DNA from: Deltaproteobacteria bacterium
GTDB lineage: Bacteria; Myxococcota; Myxococcia; Myxococcales; 40CM-4-68-19
DNA length: 64,000 nt
Assembly (NCBI GenBank): GCA_005879805.1
Contig: VBKL01000053.1
Span: forward strand, 157,716 to 221,715
Direction: 5' to 3'
Shown: one piece after another, positions 39,726 through 48,728 of the stretch
How positions within the stretch are numbered: the stretch's first letter is position 1
How the letters are laid out: each line of letters begins with the position of its first letter
Program-made: the position numbers and the translations under genes
Notes under the pieces: generated by a model
The model's database searches: none
Told to the model about the DNA's origin: nothing
What the model saw: the letters and a program-made list of their open reading frames with translations, nothing else

Positions 39726-39768
39726 AGAGGCTTCCATCGCAAAGCGCGTTGGAAGCCTCTCGTCTTTT
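39726..39768 (+). terminator. Intrinsic-terminator-like hairpin in the leader of the Big_1 lipoprotein gene
   Basis: Perfect 11-bp stem AGAGGCTTCCA (39726..39736) / TGGAAGCCTCT (39750..39760) with a 13-nt loop, followed by CGTCTTTT. It sits 52 nt before GTG 39820. Confidence 0.55.
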
Positions 39769-39819
39769 GGACGCCGGGGAAGCAAAGATGCGCCTTCCGT
39801 CTCGCGGAGGCCCATCCTC

Positions 39820-41352
39820 GTGAACGCTCGCAAAATCGCGGTCCTGTCCGCCGGCCTCATCGCAGCAAGCGCTTGCGGCAGCGGCCAGACCGCCGCGAAG
39901 GCCTCCGCCGTTTCGCTCGTGAGCGGAAATGGTCAGACCGCGAAGGCGGGCGCGCCGCTGCCGGCATCGCTGGTGGTGAAAGTCACCGACTCTTCCGGAG
40001 CGCCGATCGCCGGCTTTCCTATCGCGTGGTCCTCGACCTCCGGCGCCGTCGGGGCGCCGGTCTCGCAGACGGCGTCGGACGGGACGGCGTCGGCCACCGC
40101 GACCCTCGGACCCGCTCCGGGAACGCAGTCCTTCGTCGCGACGGCGGCGGGCCTCACCGGCTCTCCCGTCACCTTCACCGCGACGGCAGCCACCGCGCTC
40201 TCCTGCCCGGCCGCTCCGTCTTGCGCGCCTCCGGTGGTCGTCGCTTCGCCGACGCCGGCCTGCGGCATCCTCAATCCGTGTCCGACTTCTCGCCCTGTGA
40301 CGTGCGCGAAGCCCGTCATCCCCGGCCCCGCCGTGGTAGCGCACCACGCGGTCCACCCCGTCAACGATCCCGTCAGCATCGACGTTCCCGCGGGAACCGC
40401 TTCGCTAACCATCGTGGAACAGGCGATCTCGGCTCCCGATTCGATCACCATCAACGGGACCATCACCATTCCGAACGTGGCCGTTCCCGACAAGCTGCGC
40501 GATCCCCTGGGCACCCTGATCTACGACGACAACCCGCCCTCCCCTCCCCCAGCGGACCCGAGCGGGGAGCTGGTCTTCTTCGCCAGCAGCTCGCCCGTGA
40601 CGAGCGCTTTCACCATCCCGAACACCACGCCCATGCTCCAGCGGACCGCACAGGGACTTTCCCCCGGCATCTGGCAATTCCGCGTAAACGATTTTGCGTT
40701 CGAGTGCCTGGGCGCCTCCAACTGCGCGGGCGGCAGCAATGCCAGCCGCTACGACGTCACGGTGCTCCTCAAGCCCAGCGCGTCCGCCGCCTCCGGATCC
40801 CTGGACGTCGCTTTCTATCTGGTGGGACCGGCGCTCCTCGCGCGCGATGCGCCCAGCGATCCCGGCGTGAAGCGGATGATCGCGACTCTTGCGGGCATCT
40901 ATGCGAGCGCCGGCATCTGCCTGCGCAACGTCACCTTCTACGACGTGCCGTCGTGGGCCGAGACTGCATTCGGCGTCATGAACGCCGACGATGCTTCGCC
41001 CTGCGGCGACCTCGACCAGATGTTCAGGCTCTCGGTCCCCGGAAACAAGCTCGATTTCTTCCTGGTGGGCTCGCTCGTGGCGACGTCGCAGGGCGGCGCG
41101 ACGGTGGTCGGCATCGACGGGACGATCCCCGGACCGTCCGGATTCGGCGGGACGATCCACAGCGGCGCGGCCGTCAACGCGGCGGACCTGCCGAGCGTGG
41201 CGGGATGCACGGGACCGCTCGACGTCGTGCACTGCGGGCCCGACCGGGTGGCGTATATGCGAGCACGGCGTGCGGCGGGGGCGATGATCTCATGTTCTGG
41301 GTGCTCGGCGCGGAGTCGCTCGGGACGCTCTCCTGCGAGCAATCCGCGGTGA
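39820..41352 (+). CDS. Lipoprotein with N-terminal Big_1 (Ig-like) domain and a protease-like C-terminal domain; the 3' end is probably frameshifted
   Basis: Lipobox LIAASAC and an Ig-like VSGNGQTAKAGAPLPASLVVKVTDSSGAPIAGFPIAW...GSPVTFTATA. After ...CGPDRVAY the frame degenerates. Another frame gives GGDDLMFWVLGAESLGTLSCEQSAVMRANPAVQ, ending at 41378. No HExxH is seen. Confidence 0.7.
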   Translation: MNARKIAVLSAGLIAASACGSGQTAAKASAVSLVSGNGQTAKAGAPLPASLVVKVTDSSGAPIAGFPIAWSSTSGAVGAPVSQTASDGTASATATLGPAPGTQSFVATAAGLTGSPVTFTATAATALSCPAAPSCAPPVVVASPTPACGILNPCPTSRPVTCAKPVIPGPAVVAHHAVHPVNDPVSIDVPAGTASLTIVEQAISAPDSITINGTITIPNVAVPDKLRDPLGTLIYDDNPPSPPPADPSGELVFFASSSPVTSAFTIPNTTPMLQRTAQGLSPGIWQFRVNDFAFECLGASNCAGGSNASRYDVTVLLKPSASAASGSLDVAFYLVGPALLARDAPSDPGVKRMIATLAGIYASAGICLRNVTFYDVPSWAETAFGVMNADDASPCGDLDQMFRLSVPGNKLDFFLVGSLVATSQGGATVVGIDGTIPGPSGFGGTIHSGAAVNAADLPSVAGCTGPLDVVHCGPDRVAYMRARRAAGAMISCSGCSARSRSGRSPASNPR

Positions 41353-41460
41353 TGCGAGCGAATCCAGCCGTGCAGTGATCGCCGCTCCTTGCTTTCCCTG
41401 GAAATGTAAGCTACGCGACACTTCGGAAGTATCCAGGGAGTATCGAGGAGGGAGGACGCC

Positions 41461-43242
41461 ATGCATTGCGCGAATGGTCTCCCGGCTCGCGTCCGGGCGT
41501 ACGGGTTTGTCTTCCTTGCGATTGCGTTCAGCGGATGCGCCACGACGTCGGGGTCGGAGAAACAAGGGAGCGCCGGCACAGAGGTGACCGCCGGCGCCGG
41601 GGACAAGTCCTCGGGCGGCATGCAGACCGGTTATGCGAAGGTGCCGAAGCCGGTTTCGCAGGAGATGCTCAACGCCGCGCTTGGCGATGATCGCAACTGG
41701 CTGCATCCCAACAAGGATTACACGCAGACCCGCTATTCGAAGGCCGATCAGATCAACACCGGCAACGTGAAGCGGCTGCGTCCCGTCTTCGTCTTCCAGA
41801 CCGCGGTCGTCGAGTCGATGGAGACCTCGCCCATCGTCGTCGACGGCATCATGTACGTCACCACTTCCTACGATCACGTCTACGCGGTCGACGCCACCAC
41901 CGGGCAGGAGCTCTGGCACTACAAGCACCCGATGGGATCGGTAACCACCTATTGCTGCGGGCCCAACAACCGCGGCGTGGCGGTGCTGGGCAACAAGCTC
42001 TTCCTCGGGACCCTCGACGCCAAGCTGGTCGCGCTCGACAACAAGACCGGCAAGATGCTCTGGCAGACGCAGATCGCGGACCCCGAGAAGGGGTACAGCG
42101 AGACGATGGCCCCCGCCGCGGTCGACGGGAAGGTCCTCATCGGCACGAACGGCGGCGAATACGGAATCCGCGGATTCGTGAAGGCGTTCGACGCCGAGAG
42201 CGGGAAGCTGCTCTGGACGTTCTATACGATTCCCGATCAGGGCAGCGAAGGCGTGTGGGCGACGAAGGATGCCACCGGGCACGACATGCACCGGGACATC
42301 GCGGCGGAGAAGGCGCAGCTCGCAAAGGGAAAGAAGTTCGAGAGCACGCTCGGCGGCGGAGTGTGGATGACGCCGACCATCGATCTCAAGTCGCGGACCG
42401 TCTATTTCACGGTCGGCAATCCGTCGCCCGATCTGTACGGAGCCGAGCGGCCCGGCGACAATCTCTATACCGATTCGCTGGTCGCCATCGATCTGGATTC
42501 CGGCCAGTACAAGTGGCATTCCCAATACATCGCGCACGACGTCTGGGACCTCGACGCGGTGAGCCCACCGATCCTCGTCGACGCCAAGGACCAGTCGGGG
42601 GCCACGGTGCCGGCGGTGATCCACGCGGGCAAGACCGGGCACGTGTACGTGCACGATCGCAAGGACGGGAAGCTCATCCGCTTCTCCGACGCGATGGTGC
42701 CGCAGGAGGGCGTCTGGACGCTGCCCAGCGCGAAGGGCGAGCGGATGGCGCTCGGCGCGAACGGCGGCGTGGAATGGTCGCCGATGGCGTACTCGCCCAA
42801 GCTCGGGCTCGCCTACGCCATCAACCTGGTGCAGCCGATGACGTATCACGTCGAGCCGTCCACCTATCCGGAGGGCAAGCTGTGGCTCGGCGGAGCGTTC
42901 AAGACCATCCCCAGTGAGCCGCAGACCGGTAACGTGACCGCGGTCGACATCCAGACCGGGAAGATCGCCTGGCAGGCGAAGACTGAGCAGCCGATGATCG
43001 GCGGCATCACCGCCACCGCGGGCGACCTGGTCTTCACGGGCGAAGGGAACGGGCTCTTCAAGGCGTACGACGCGAAGAACGGCAAGGTGCTGTGGTCGTT
43101 CCAGTGCGGCGCCGGCGTCAACGCTCCGCCGGTCACGTACATCGTCGATGGCAAGCAGTACGTGGCGGTCGCGGCGGGCGGCAACACCCAGATCGATTTC
43201 AAGCGCGGGAACAGCGTCCTGGTATTCGCGCTGGCTGAATGA
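41461..43242 (+). CDS. PQQ-dependent alcohol dehydrogenase (methanol/ethanol family), lipoprotein-type signal, D-x-D lanthanide-type motif
   Basis: Lipobox FLAIAFSGC, vicinal [32 protein letters not shown] and HDVWDLDAV (42541..42558). Eight-bladed propeller-length protein (593 aa). Confidence 0.92.
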   Translation: MHCANGLPARVRAYGFVFLAIAFSGCATTSGSEKQGSAGTEVTAGAGDKSSGGMQTGYAKVPKPVSQEMLNAALGDDRNWLHPNKDYTQTRYSKADQINTGNVKRLRPVFVFQTAVVESMETSPIVVDGIMYVTTSYDHVYAVDATTGQELWHYKHPMGSVTTYCCGPNNRGVAVLGNKLFLGTLDAKLVALDNKTGKMLWQTQIADPEKGYSETMAPAAVDGKVLIGTNGGEYGIRGFVKAFDAESGKLLWTFYTIPDQGSEGVWATKDATGHDMHRDIAAEKAQLAKGKKFESTLGGGVWMTPTIDLKSRTVYFTVGNPSPDLYGAERPGDNLYTDSLVAIDLDSGQYKWHSQYIAHDVWDLDAVSPPILVDAKDQSGATVPAVIHAGKTGHVYVHDRKDGKLIRFSDAMVPQEGVWTLPSAKGERMALGANGGVEWSPMAYSPKLGLAYAINLVQPMTYHVEPSTYPEGKLWLGGAFKTIPSEPQTGNVTAVDIQTGKIAWQAKTEQPMIGGITATAGDLVFTGEGNGLFKAYDAKNGKVLWSFQCGAGVNAPPVTYIVDGKQYVAVAAGGNTQIDFKRGNSVLVFALAE

Positions 43243-43868
43243 TCGTTCGGGGTTACGGGGCGGCCGCGATCCTCGCGGCCGCTCTTCTCGCATCGGTCCT
43301 GGTCGGTCTCCCCGGGCGCGCCGAGGAGACGGATGTGGAGACCGGCCGCAAGAAGGCGCAGTACTGCGCGGGCTGCCACGGCGCGGACGGGAATTCCGAG
43401 CTCACCGACTATCCGATCCTCGCCGGGCAGACCTCCCGCTATCTGTATCTGCAGCTCAAGGACTACAAGTCCGGCCTGCGCAAGAGCGACATGATGACGC
43501 CCGCGGTTGCGCCCTTGAGCAAGGAGGACATGCTCGCGCTGGCGGCCTTTTACGCCGCACAGCGACCGAAGAGGCCTCGGATTGCGAAGGGCGAGGGCAG
43601 TATTCCCTTCCAACCGGATCCCGACCGCGTCACTGCGGGAAAGAAGAAGTCTGCGGAAGTGCTGTGCACGATGTGCCACCTGGGCGAGTTCGCGGGACAG
43701 AACGAGGTGCCGCGGGTCGCGGGGCAACATCCGGAGTACGTGGTCCGGCAGCTCAAAGATTACCGCACCCGGACCCGCACCAACGATGCGGGGACCATGA
43801 CCGCCGTGGCGCGAACGCTGTCGGACGAGGACATCGACAACCTCGCGCACTACCTCGCGAGCTTGTAG
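43239..43868 (+). CDS. Dihaem c-type cytochrome (c4-like)
   Basis: Signal peptide and two haem sites, CAGCH and CTMCH, each followed by a Met-containing region. The ATG overlaps the dehydrogenase stop (ATGA). Confidence 0.88.
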   Translation: MIVRGYGAAAILAAALLASVLVGLPGRAEETDVETGRKKAQYCAGCHGADGNSELTDYPILAGQTSRYLYLQLKDYKSGLRKSDMMTPAVAPLSKEDMLALAAFYAAQRPKRPRIAKGEGSIPFQPDPDRVTAGKKKSAEVLCTMCHLGEFAGQNEVPRVAGQHPEYVVRQLKDYRTRTRTNDAGTMTAVARTLSDEDIDNLAHYLASL

Positions 43869-43985
43869 AGCGCTTCACCCGTCCCAACGGGTAAAATCGG
43901 GAGTGGCGGGAGCCCGTTCGCGTCGCGCCGCCGCTTGACAGCCGTGCGGTGTGATGCGATGCGTCCCGCGATTCGGGAGCGCGTT

Positions 43986-44061
43986 GGCCCCATCGTCTAG
44001 TGGCCTAGGACGGAGGCCTCTCACGCCTCAAACATGGGTTCGAATCCCGTTGGGGTCACCA
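43986..44061 (+). tRNA. tRNA-Glu (anticodon CUC), CCA encoded
   Basis: Hand-folded cloverleaf: acceptor GGCCCCA/TGGGGTC, D stem GTCT/GGAC, anticodon stem GAGGC/GCCTC with loop CTCTCAC, 4-nt variable loop, T arm ATGGG-TTCGAAT-CCCGT, discriminator A, CCA. 76 nt. Confidence 0.9.
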
Positions 44062-44065
44062 CTTC

Positions 44066-44098
44066 GGCCCGGCTGAGTGAGACAGCCGGGCTTTTTTT
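44066..44098 (+). terminator. Rho-independent terminator after tRNA-Glu
   Basis: GGCCCGGCT-GAGTGAGAC-AGCCGGGC hairpin followed by TTTTTTT (44092..44098). Confidence 0.85.
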
Positions 44099-44162
44099 GC
44101 CCGGTCGGCCGGCGAGGCGGATCTACTTGTCCCGGGACAAGTAGATCGGGACGCGAGAGACC

Positions 44163-44672
44163 GTGACCCCCATACCCACCCGTAACGATCGCGCGCTCGC
44201 GTTGTTGCGCATCGCCGTAGGCGTCCTCTTCCTCGTCTTCGGCGAGTACAAGGTCGCCGACTCGAAGTTCGTCGATTCGGGGTTCCGCTACTGGATCGAG
44301 CGCTTCCTGCAGGGCGGCGTGTACCCGTTCGTCGCGCCGGTCCTTCGCGGGCCCATCCTTGCCCACGCGCATGCCTGGGCCTGGCTCGTCGCCCTGGGCG
44401 AGCTGTCGATCGGGATCGCCCTGGCGCTCGGGATCTGCGTCCGCCTCGCCAGCGCCTTCGGCCTCGCCTTCATGCTCGCGTTGCTCTTCTCGTCGAACTA
44501 TCCGGGCCCGGGCGCGCCGCTCTGGCAGTACTTCGGAGCGGCCCTCGACCACCTCGTGCTGGCGCTGTGCTTCGGCGCGTTCCTCGCGGGCCGCGCCGAT
44601 GCGGCCTTCCGGATCAAGCTGCCTTGGCCCGCTCGGTCCGCGTCCAGGTCTGACCCTGCTGCCCGCGGCTGA
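44163..44672 (+). CDS. DoxX family membrane protein
   Basis: LALLRIAVGVLFLVFG..., four TM segments and ELSIGIALALG, typical of DoxX. GTG start at 44163. Confidence 0.75.
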   Translation: MTPIPTRNDRALALLRIAVGVLFLVFGEYKVADSKFVDSGFRYWIERFLQGGVYPFVAPVLRGPILAHAHAWAWLVALGELSIGIALALGICVRLASAFGLAFMLALLFSSNYPGPGAPLWQYFGAALDHLVLALCFGAFLAGRADAAFRIKLPWPARSASRSDPAARG

Positions 44673-45612
44673 AGCGCCAGAATCCGACCAGGAGCGCCGC
44701 GTTCATCTCCACGAAGTGGGCCGCGGCGTCGGGGAGCTTGCCGAGCTTGCGCGGGCTCAGGCCGAGAAGCCCGAGAGCCGCGAGCAGGTACGCCCCGCAC
44801 TGCGCGAATAGCAGCGCCGCGTAGAACCGGCTGTGCGGCGCGAGCAGCGCGTTGGCGGCCAGCGCGAGGACCATCGCCTGCGGCACGAACCAGCGCAACA
44901 CCTTGTGCGACCAGAGCGCGAAGGAGGTGAACCCGTGCCGGGGCGAGAGCAGGTCGCGGAACTGCGCCAGCGCCCGGAACCCGCCCGCGGCGATGCGCAC
45001 GCGGCGCTTGTACTCGTCGGCGTGCCCGGGAGCGGTCTCCTCGTGGGCCACTGCCTCGGGCTCGTACTGGACCTCGTAGCCGTTCTGCAAGACGCGCAGC
45101 GCCGCAACGAAGTCGTCGACCACCGTCCCGGCCGGGAGCGGCGGGAAGAGGTGCTTGCGCACGGCATAGATCCCGCCGTTCGCGCCCATCACGCAGCCGC
45201 GTCGCGACTCGTAGAGCTTGAGCATGCTCTCGAGCTTCCAGTACGCGCCCTCGGCGACCGGGGCCCCGAGCGGCGAGTGCAGCCGCAACCGCCCGCAGAC
45301 GAGACCCACCGCCGGGTCGCGCAAAGGCTGCACGAGCCGCCGGATGGCGTCCTTCTCGTCCTGGGCGAGCAGGTTCTCGATGCGCTGGCCGATGCAGGAG
45401 GCCTCGTTGTAGGCGGCGACCAGCACCGATACGTGCGGCAGCCCCAGCTGCGCCGCAGGCCTGCGCCTCTCCGTTCCCCCGATGTAGCGCCAGGTGCTCC
45501 GCGCCTGTTCCACGGCGTCGAGCAGAATCAGCAGGAGCGGATAGATTGCGTAGGTGTGGAGGACCACGACGACCGCGGTCCAGAAGACGATGGACAGGGC
45601 TAGAGCCAACAT
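44614..45612 (-). CDS. Membrane GT2 glycosyltransferase (processive synthase-like) lacking the central DxD-containing block
   Basis: N-terminal TM, VSVLVAAYNE, then ...NLLAQD joined directly to EKDAIRRLVQPLRDPAVGLVCG. Downstream are GANGGIYAVR, TVVDDF and RRVRIAAG (QxxRW-like), plus C-terminal TMs. 332 aa. Confidence 0.78.
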   Translation of the reverse strand: MLALALSIVFWTAVVVVLHTYAIYPLLLILLDAVEQARSTWRYIGGTERRRPAAQLGLPHVSVLVAAYNEASCIGQRIENLLAQDEKDAIRRLVQPLRDPAVGLVCGRLRLHSPLGAPVAEGAYWKLESMLKLYESRRGCVMGANGGIYAVRKHLFPPLPAGTVVDDFVAALRVLQNGYEVQYEPEAVAHEETAPGHADEYKRRVRIAAGGFRALAQFRDLLSPRHGFTSFALWSHKVLRWFVPQAMVLALAANALLAPHSRFYAALLFAQCGAYLLAALGLLGLSPRKLGKLPDAAAHFVEMNAALLVGFWRFSRGQQGQTWTRTERAKAA

Positions 45613-45691
45613 GCCCCCAGGTCAACGCAACCGTCGTGCCGCCGTCGTGGCGCACCGGGGCGCGCAACAGTGAACACTCCAACCGCGATCC

Positions 45692-45707
45692 TTGCACCCG
45701 GCGTGCC
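45692..45707 (-). promoter_or_regulatory. Candidate sigma-54 (-24/-12) promoter upstream of the GT2 gene
   Basis: The minus strand reads GGGCACGCCGGGTGCA, giving GG-N10-GC spacing, GGCACG at -24 and TGCA at -12. It lies about 80 nt upstream of ATG 45612. Motif match only, in a GC-rich background. Confidence 0.3.
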
Positions 45708-45775
45708 CCGCGATTGGGAAAACCATTGCCCACCGCGGCACCAGGGTTCCAGCGGGGTACGCCGGGCGAGAAGCG

Positions 45776-45949
45776 TCAATCCGCATCGGGCGGCGGCCTG
45801 GGGGGTGGCGCCGGGGGCTCCGGCGGAGGCTCCGCCCGGACGGTGAAGACGAGCCCGCAGCGGCCGCATTGGACCTGGAACGGTGCGGTGGGAGGCGGGG
45901 TCAGCTCGAGCGTGAAGACCGTCTTGCACCGCTCGCAGCGGATCCTCAC
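45776..45949 (-). CDS. MJ0042-type zinc-ribbon small protein (57 aa) with Pro-rich tail
   Basis: [37 protein letters not shown] has two CxxC pairs. GTG 45949 overlaps the lysC stop (GTGA). Confidence 0.6.
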   Translation of the reverse strand: MRIRCERCKTVFTLELTPPPTAPFQVQCGRCGLVFTVRAEPPPEPPAPPPRPPPDAD

Positions 45950-47017
45950 GCCGCGCCTTCGACCTTGTCGAGACCGAAGGCCGTGTGCAGCGCCCGCACC
46001 GCCAATTCGGCGTACTTCTCGTCGATGAGGCAGCTCACCTTGATCTCGCTGGTGGAGATGACGCGGATGTTCACGCCCTCCTCGGCCAGCACCTGGAACA
46101 TCTTGGCCGCGACGCCAGCGTGGTTGCGCATCCCGACGCCCACGATGGAGACCTTGGCGATCCCCTCCTCGTGGTCGACCTTGCCCGCGCCGATCGCCTT
46201 GGCCAGCTTGCGCATCTGCTGCGACGTCTTCTCCACGTCGAGCCGGCCGACGGTGAAGGCCAGATCGGTGCGGCCGTCCTCGTGCGCCGGCGTCTGCACG
46301 ATCAGATCGACGACGATTCCGAGATCGGCCAGGGTGCCGAAGATCTTCGCCGCCACGCCCGGCTTGTCGGGAACGTCGCGCATGACGATTCGCGCCTCGT
46401 CGCGGGTGAGCGCGATGCCGCTGACGACGACATCCTCCATCGCCTGATCCTCCTCGCAAACGAGGGTCCCGGGGTCGTCCTTGAAGGTCGACTTCACCCA
46501 CAGCGGGACCTGGTACTTCATGGCGAACTCGACCGACCGGATCTGCAGCACCTTGGCGCCCACCGATGCAAGCTCGAGCATCTCCTCGTAGGAGATGCGG
46601 TCGAGCTTCTGCGCCTTGGCGCACAGGTTCGGGTCGGTCGTGTAGACGCCGTCCGATGCTGCGGATGCGCGCGTTGGAGAAGGCCGAGTCGGTGAGGATG
46701 CGAACCTGATGGCCGAGGAAGCTGCGCGCCTTGCCGCGCAGCTCCTGGATGGCGAGGGCGAGGAGTCCCACCGAGACCTGCTCGCCGGTGGAGACGACCA
46801 CGTCCTGCTCGCGCTGGCTGGGCCGCTTGGCGAGCGCGGAGGTGAGCTTGAGCAGGCGGTTCGTCTCGCCGGCCATCGCGCTCACCACCACCACCACGTC
46901 GTTTCCGGCCTTCTTGGCGGCGAGCGCGCGGCGGGCCACGTTGCGGATGCGCTCGATGTCGCCGACGCTCGTTCCACCGTATTTCTGGACGACGAGGGCC
47001 TTGCCGGAACGGGGCAT
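45946..47017 (-). pseudogene. lysC: Aspartate kinase, interrupted by loss of about 65 codons plus a frame change (or assembly artefact)
   Basis: N-terminal [22 protein letters not shown]...[15 protein letters not shown] runs in one frame. [37 protein letters not shown]... through both ACT domains runs in another, with the junction at about 46653..46656. The 1072-nt span is not a multiple of 3. Confidence 0.85.
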
Positions 47018-47112
47018 CGAAGTGCCGCACAGTAGCGAAGAGGCGGGAGCGTCTCAATCGGGATCGGCGAGCGCTTCCGGGCGAGGGGCCTTTCGGTTAG
47101 AAGGGCGGCCGC

Positions 47113-48660
47113 ATGCGCATCGTCCTCGACGGAAGGTCCTTGACCCTCGAGCAGGTCGCCCTGGCGGCGGCAGGCGGAGCTCGCATCGAGATCGCTCAGG
47201 CGGCGCGGGAGCGGGTGCGCGCCGCCCGCAAGCTCGTCGACCGTATCGCCGAGAGCGGGGTACCGACCTACGGCATCAACACCGGCTTCGGGACGCTCGC
47301 CGAGGTCTCCATCGCCCGCCCCGACCTGCAGCGACTGCAGCGGAACCTGATCCTCTCCCACGCCGCGGGCGTGGGCTCGCCGCTGCCGCCGGAAGCGACG
47401 CGGGCGCTCATGATCCTGCGCGCCAACGTTCTCGCGGGCGGCTACAGCGGCATCCGCGAGTCGACCCTCGACCTCCTCGTCTCGCTCATCGAGCGGGACG
47501 TGTTGCCGATCATCCCCGAGAAGGGATCGGTCGGGGCGAGCGGCGATCTCGCCCCCCTCGCCCATCTCGCCCTGGTGCTCATCGGCGAGGGCGAGGCCGT
47601 CTTCCGCGGCGCCCGCCTACCCGGACGCGAGGCGCTCTCGCGGGCCGGTCTGGCTCCCGTCGTCCTCGAAGCGAAGGAGGGCCTTGCTCTCGTCAACGGC
47701 ACGCAGGCGATGCAGGCGGTCGGCGCGCTGGCGCTTCTCGACGCCGAGTCCTTGCTGCGCATCTCCTCCATCGCTTGCGCGATGACCGTCGAGAGCTTGA
47801 TGGGCTCGCACAAGCCGTTCCTCGCCGCCATCCACCGCATCCGGGGTCAGCGCGGACAGATGGAGATCGCCAGGGAGATGCGGGCGCTCCTCGCGGGAAG
47901 CGAGATCGAGCGCAGCCACCAGGGCCCGGAATGCGAGAAGGTCCAGGATCCGTACTCGCTGCGCTGCTCCCCTCAGGTGCACGGCGCCGCAGCGGATGGA
48001 ATGCGCTTCGTCCGCGAGACGCTCGCCATCGAGGCCAACGCGGCGACCGACAACCCGCTCGTTTTCGTCGAGGGACACGGCGAGGCGGACCTTGCCGGTG
48101 AGGTGATCGTCAGCGGCGGCAACTTCCACGGCCAGCCGATCTCGCAGGCGCTCGACCTGCTCGCCATCTCTTGCACGCAGCTGCAGACGATCAGCGAGCG
48201 GCGCGTCGAGCAACTGGTGAACCCGTCTCTGTCCGGGCTGCCGCCCTTCCTGGCACAGAACTCGGGGCTCAACTCGGGTTTCATGATCGCCCAGGTGACC
48301 GCGGCGGCGCTCTGCGCGGAGAGCAAGGTGCTCGCGCATCCGGCTTGCGTCGATACCATCCCCTCCTCGGCCGGCCGCGAAGATCACGTCGCGATGGGCA
48401 TGACGGCGGCGCTGAAGGCCCGGACGGTGGTGGAGAACGCGAAGAGCGGGCTCGCCATCGAGCTGTTGGTCGCGGCGCAGGCCCTCGACTTGCGGCTCCC
48501 GCTCGCGCCAGGGGCAGGCGTGCGGGCAGCCCATGAAGTCATCCGCGGCAAGGTCCCGCACATGTCGGAGGACCGGGAGCTGCACCGCGACATCGCGGCG
48601 GTGCGCGAGATGCTGCCCCAGATCGAGGCGAATGCGCGCAAGGCCGCCCGGCTTTCCTGA
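47113..48660 (+). CDS. hutH: Histidine ammonia-lyase
   Basis: YGINTGFG, the MIO-forming [18 protein letters not shown] and ..SGGNFHGQP... 515 aa. Confidence 0.95.
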   Translation: MRIVLDGRSLTLEQVALAAAGGARIEIAQAARERVRAARKLVDRIAESGVPTYGINTGFGTLAEVSIARPDLQRLQRNLILSHAAGVGSPLPPEATRALMILRANVLAGGYSGIRESTLDLLVSLIERDVLPIIPEKGSVGASGDLAPLAHLALVLIGEGEAVFRGARLPGREALSRAGLAPVVLEAKEGLALVNGTQAMQAVGALALLDAESLLRISSIACAMTVESLMGSHKPFLAAIHRIRGQRGQMEIAREMRALLAGSEIERSHQGPECEKVQDPYSLRCSPQVHGAAADGMRFVRETLAIEANAATDNPLVFVEGHGEADLAGEVIVSGGNFHGQPISQALDLLAISCTQLQTISERRVEQLVNPSLSGLPPFLAQNSGLNSGFMIAQVTAAALCAESKVLAHPACVDTIPSSAGREDHVAMGMTAALKARTVVENAKSGLAIELLVAAQALDLRLPLAPGAGVRAAHEVIRGKVPHMSEDRELHRDIAAVREMLPQIEANARKAARLS

Positions 48661-48728
48661 GCTTTCCGGGGGACGCCGTCCGTTCCGCGTCGTAGGATGG
48701 AGCCGGGCTACGAGAAGGGATCCGGCAC

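Noticed and set aside
41290-43293. 667-aa minus-strand ORF
   Set aside because: It lies antisense to the PQQ dehydrogenase, which has unambiguous family motifs.
44028-44552. 174-aa minus-strand ORF
   Set aside because: It overlaps the tRNA-Glu gene and its terminator and lies antisense to the DoxX gene.
43986-45612. Genomic island integrated at tRNA-Glu
   Set aside because: I found no integrase, no direct repeat of the tRNA 3' end by eye, and downstream genes (DoxX, GT2) have normal GC. The tRNA has its own terminator.
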